A stretch of DNA of 60,292 nt, counting the filler, from Asterionella formosa (Eukaryota), in the NCBI GenBank assembly GCA_002256025.1. It is 7 parts of 7 records of this genome, joined end to end, with 100 filler letters (N's around TTAATTAATTAA, not from the genome) between each part and the next. Parts side by side here need not be neighbours in the genome. Positions count along the whole stretch, not along the records: positions 51,784 to 60,292 come from NKIB01012103.1; 6 more parts are not named here. One strand, written 5' to 3'. Positions 58,833 through 60,292 of the stretch are shown here, in pieces. The notes under the pieces were generated by a model that ran no database searches, was not told the DNA's origin, and saw nothing but the letters and a program-made list of their open reading frames with translations. The position numbers were made by a program, and so were the translations under genes. Numbering within the stretch: the stretch's first letter is position 1; every line of letters begins with the position of its first letter.

Positions 58833-60206
58833 ATGGTGATCTCGAGCAGCCTATGTGCATCCCGACTTGGAAGAATGATCCCCATTCTTCCAGTCCCACT
58901 TCCTGAGAACACATATCGGGTTGTGGTTAAATGGAGACTTCGAGTACTGCTTGATCAGCATCGTGACCACACTCACCGTATTTTACTTCGTCATTTCCTA
59001 CAAGGTCATGTCGAAGATACCGTGAATGCGGACCTTGATAGTTTATTGGACGTCATGTCTAGGAGACTGGAGTCAGTGACTTCGTCACTTTTCATTAAAA
59101 AGAAGGGTGGAAAGAAGATTGGATGGCATGCACTTGTTATTGATCATAGCAATGTCAAGTTTGCTAGAAGCTTTGTTGATGAGGTTTGGCCTTCGAACCA
59201 ATGTGACCGCATTAAACATCTCAACATTTTCTTACCAAAAGTTGCAGACACGATGAAAACTGTTCATTTGATTATTGATGATGATTTCATGCTACAGATT
59301 GAAGGGACTCTATCTTCCAAGATATTTTTGTTGAATTTGTCTTTCCTCCCAAACCAATTTTTCGGAACAAAAGATTGTCCTTTTCTTGACCTGGGCTTTA
59401 AACAAATTTTGGAGCAACTCAGAAATGATGAGGCTACTAATTCACTCATCAAGAACACATTCGGTTCTAAAACTATACTCTGTCGTGATTGCTATAGGCA
59501 AATGACAGGCAAGGTTATGTCATTGATTGCCTATGGAGCATTCACTGACAAGATGGTGATCTCGAATACATTACTTTCCAACAACATCGACATGTTTTGG
59601 AAAACTTTGTCTATGGTCATTCCCGGTTCTGTGCTGCAATCACTTGTAAGTGACGCAACATATGTCAGGAAGAGTATGCCTCACACCTGTACATTGTTGC
59701 ACACTGCTGTAAATCACTCTAATGTTCCTCAGGAGCCACATTTTGACAATCAGCAGGCAGAACTGGTAGTCAATGACTTCGAAAAGTGCCTTCCTTGGGG
59801 ATTGGATATGTCCCTAGGTGCTGGTGGTTTCTCTATAAATGTCTGGGATGGCGAGTCATTTGAGTCTAACCTCATTTTAGATCGAAAAGGTACAGGTAAA
59901 GCGGAATTCAAGCAACATGCCATGGAACATGTAAACCAACATGCGATGCTTCTTCGCATTCCCTTCAAGTACATCTTCTTAATGCGAGGTGATACAGTTC
60001 ATGCAGGTGCTATGGATAATCACCTAAGCAATGGTGCATTGAGACTTCACATGTATTTGTCGCCTGGTTCCACTCCAGAGCAAAACTCAGTTGCTATTTG
60101 CAAAAGATTCGGAAATGCCATTAACACAAAAGCAAATGGTACAGAGCGTATCCCTCCATCACTAGTTTCGTTTTTGCTTGATTCCTATGGGGAAAGATGG
60201 AAGTAA
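58833..60206 (+). CDS. 2-oxoglutarate/Fe(II)-dependent dioxygenase-like protein (C-terminal DSBH domain)
   Basis: QEPHFD (HxD), MRGDTVHAG (distal His) and ALRLHMYL (candidate 2OG-binding Arg) in an open 457-codon ORF. The true start may be the ATG at ~58805 with a frameshift. Confidence 0.75.
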   Translation: MVISSSLCASRLGRMIPILPVPLPENTYRVVVKWRLRVLLDQHRDHTHRILLRHFLQGHVEDTVNADLDSLLDVMSRRLESVTSSLFIKKKGGKKIGWHALVIDHSNVKFARSFVDEVWPSNQCDRIKHLNIFLPKVADTMKTVHLIIDDDFMLQIEGTLSSKIFLLNLSFLPNQFFGTKDCPFLDLGFKQILEQLRNDEATNSLIKNTFGSKTILCRDCYRQMTGKVMSLIAYGAFTDKMVISNTLLSNNIDMFWKTLSMVIPGSVLQSLVSDATYVRKSMPHTCTLLHTAVNHSNVPQEPHFDNQQAELVVNDFEKCLPWGLDMSLGAGGFSINVWDGESFESNLILDRKGTGKAEFKQHAMEHVNQHAMLLRIPFKYIFLMRGDTVHAGAMDNHLSNGALRLHMYLSPGSTPEQNSVAICKRFGNAINTKANGTERIPPSLVSFLLDSYGERWK

Positions 60207-60292
60207 GAATTTTTTTTACTCATAAATAGTTACTAACAAAATGGTTATTTGTTTTTAATCAAGTACAGCCATTTGCAAATAACCGGACGCTG

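Noticed and set aside
58833..60206. Calling the dioxygenase TET/JBP
   Set aside because: It lacks the TET/JBP terminal RxSxVxY spacing and the HxDxxN context; only a generic 2OG-Fe(II) assignment is supported.

Overview
This is a eukaryotic nuclear scaffold, most likely from a diatom. The evidence is the bipartite ASAF-type plastid presequences, short GT-AG introns, a PAS/LOV-like protein resembling bZIP-PAS, an HSF and a CoDi-like Copia. The assembly is gapped, and most gaps carry an artificial TTAATTAATTAA linker. Host genes: GT90 glycosyltransferase, Vpr-like S8 subtilisin with a Pro/Ser/Thr stalk, an EEP-fold nuclease/phosphodiesterase, BAP31, RPE, a PAS protein, NudC, tRNA-Gly(TCC), NSE3/MAGE, HSF, plastid-targeted S15 and an SDR. 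Between them lie decayed transposons: two PIF/Harbinger, Gypsy, Copia, a DIRS/Ngaro tyrosine recombinase, a DD39D mariner, Plavaka, a Ginger-like integrase and probable LINE ORF1 relics. Three observations stand out. (1) A Plavaka-type transposase is followed on the same strand by a KOW-like ORF and an open 2OG-Fe(II) dioxygenase ORF. This recalls fungal Plavaka/KDZ-TET/JBP elements, but the dioxygenase does not carry the TET signature. (2) The apparently plastid-targeted EEP protein ends in a domain with the motifs of the R2-type restriction-like endonuclease. (3) A CCTGGTA/TACCAGG heptamer clusters upstream of most host genes. All family assignments come from motif recognition by eye, not from database searches.
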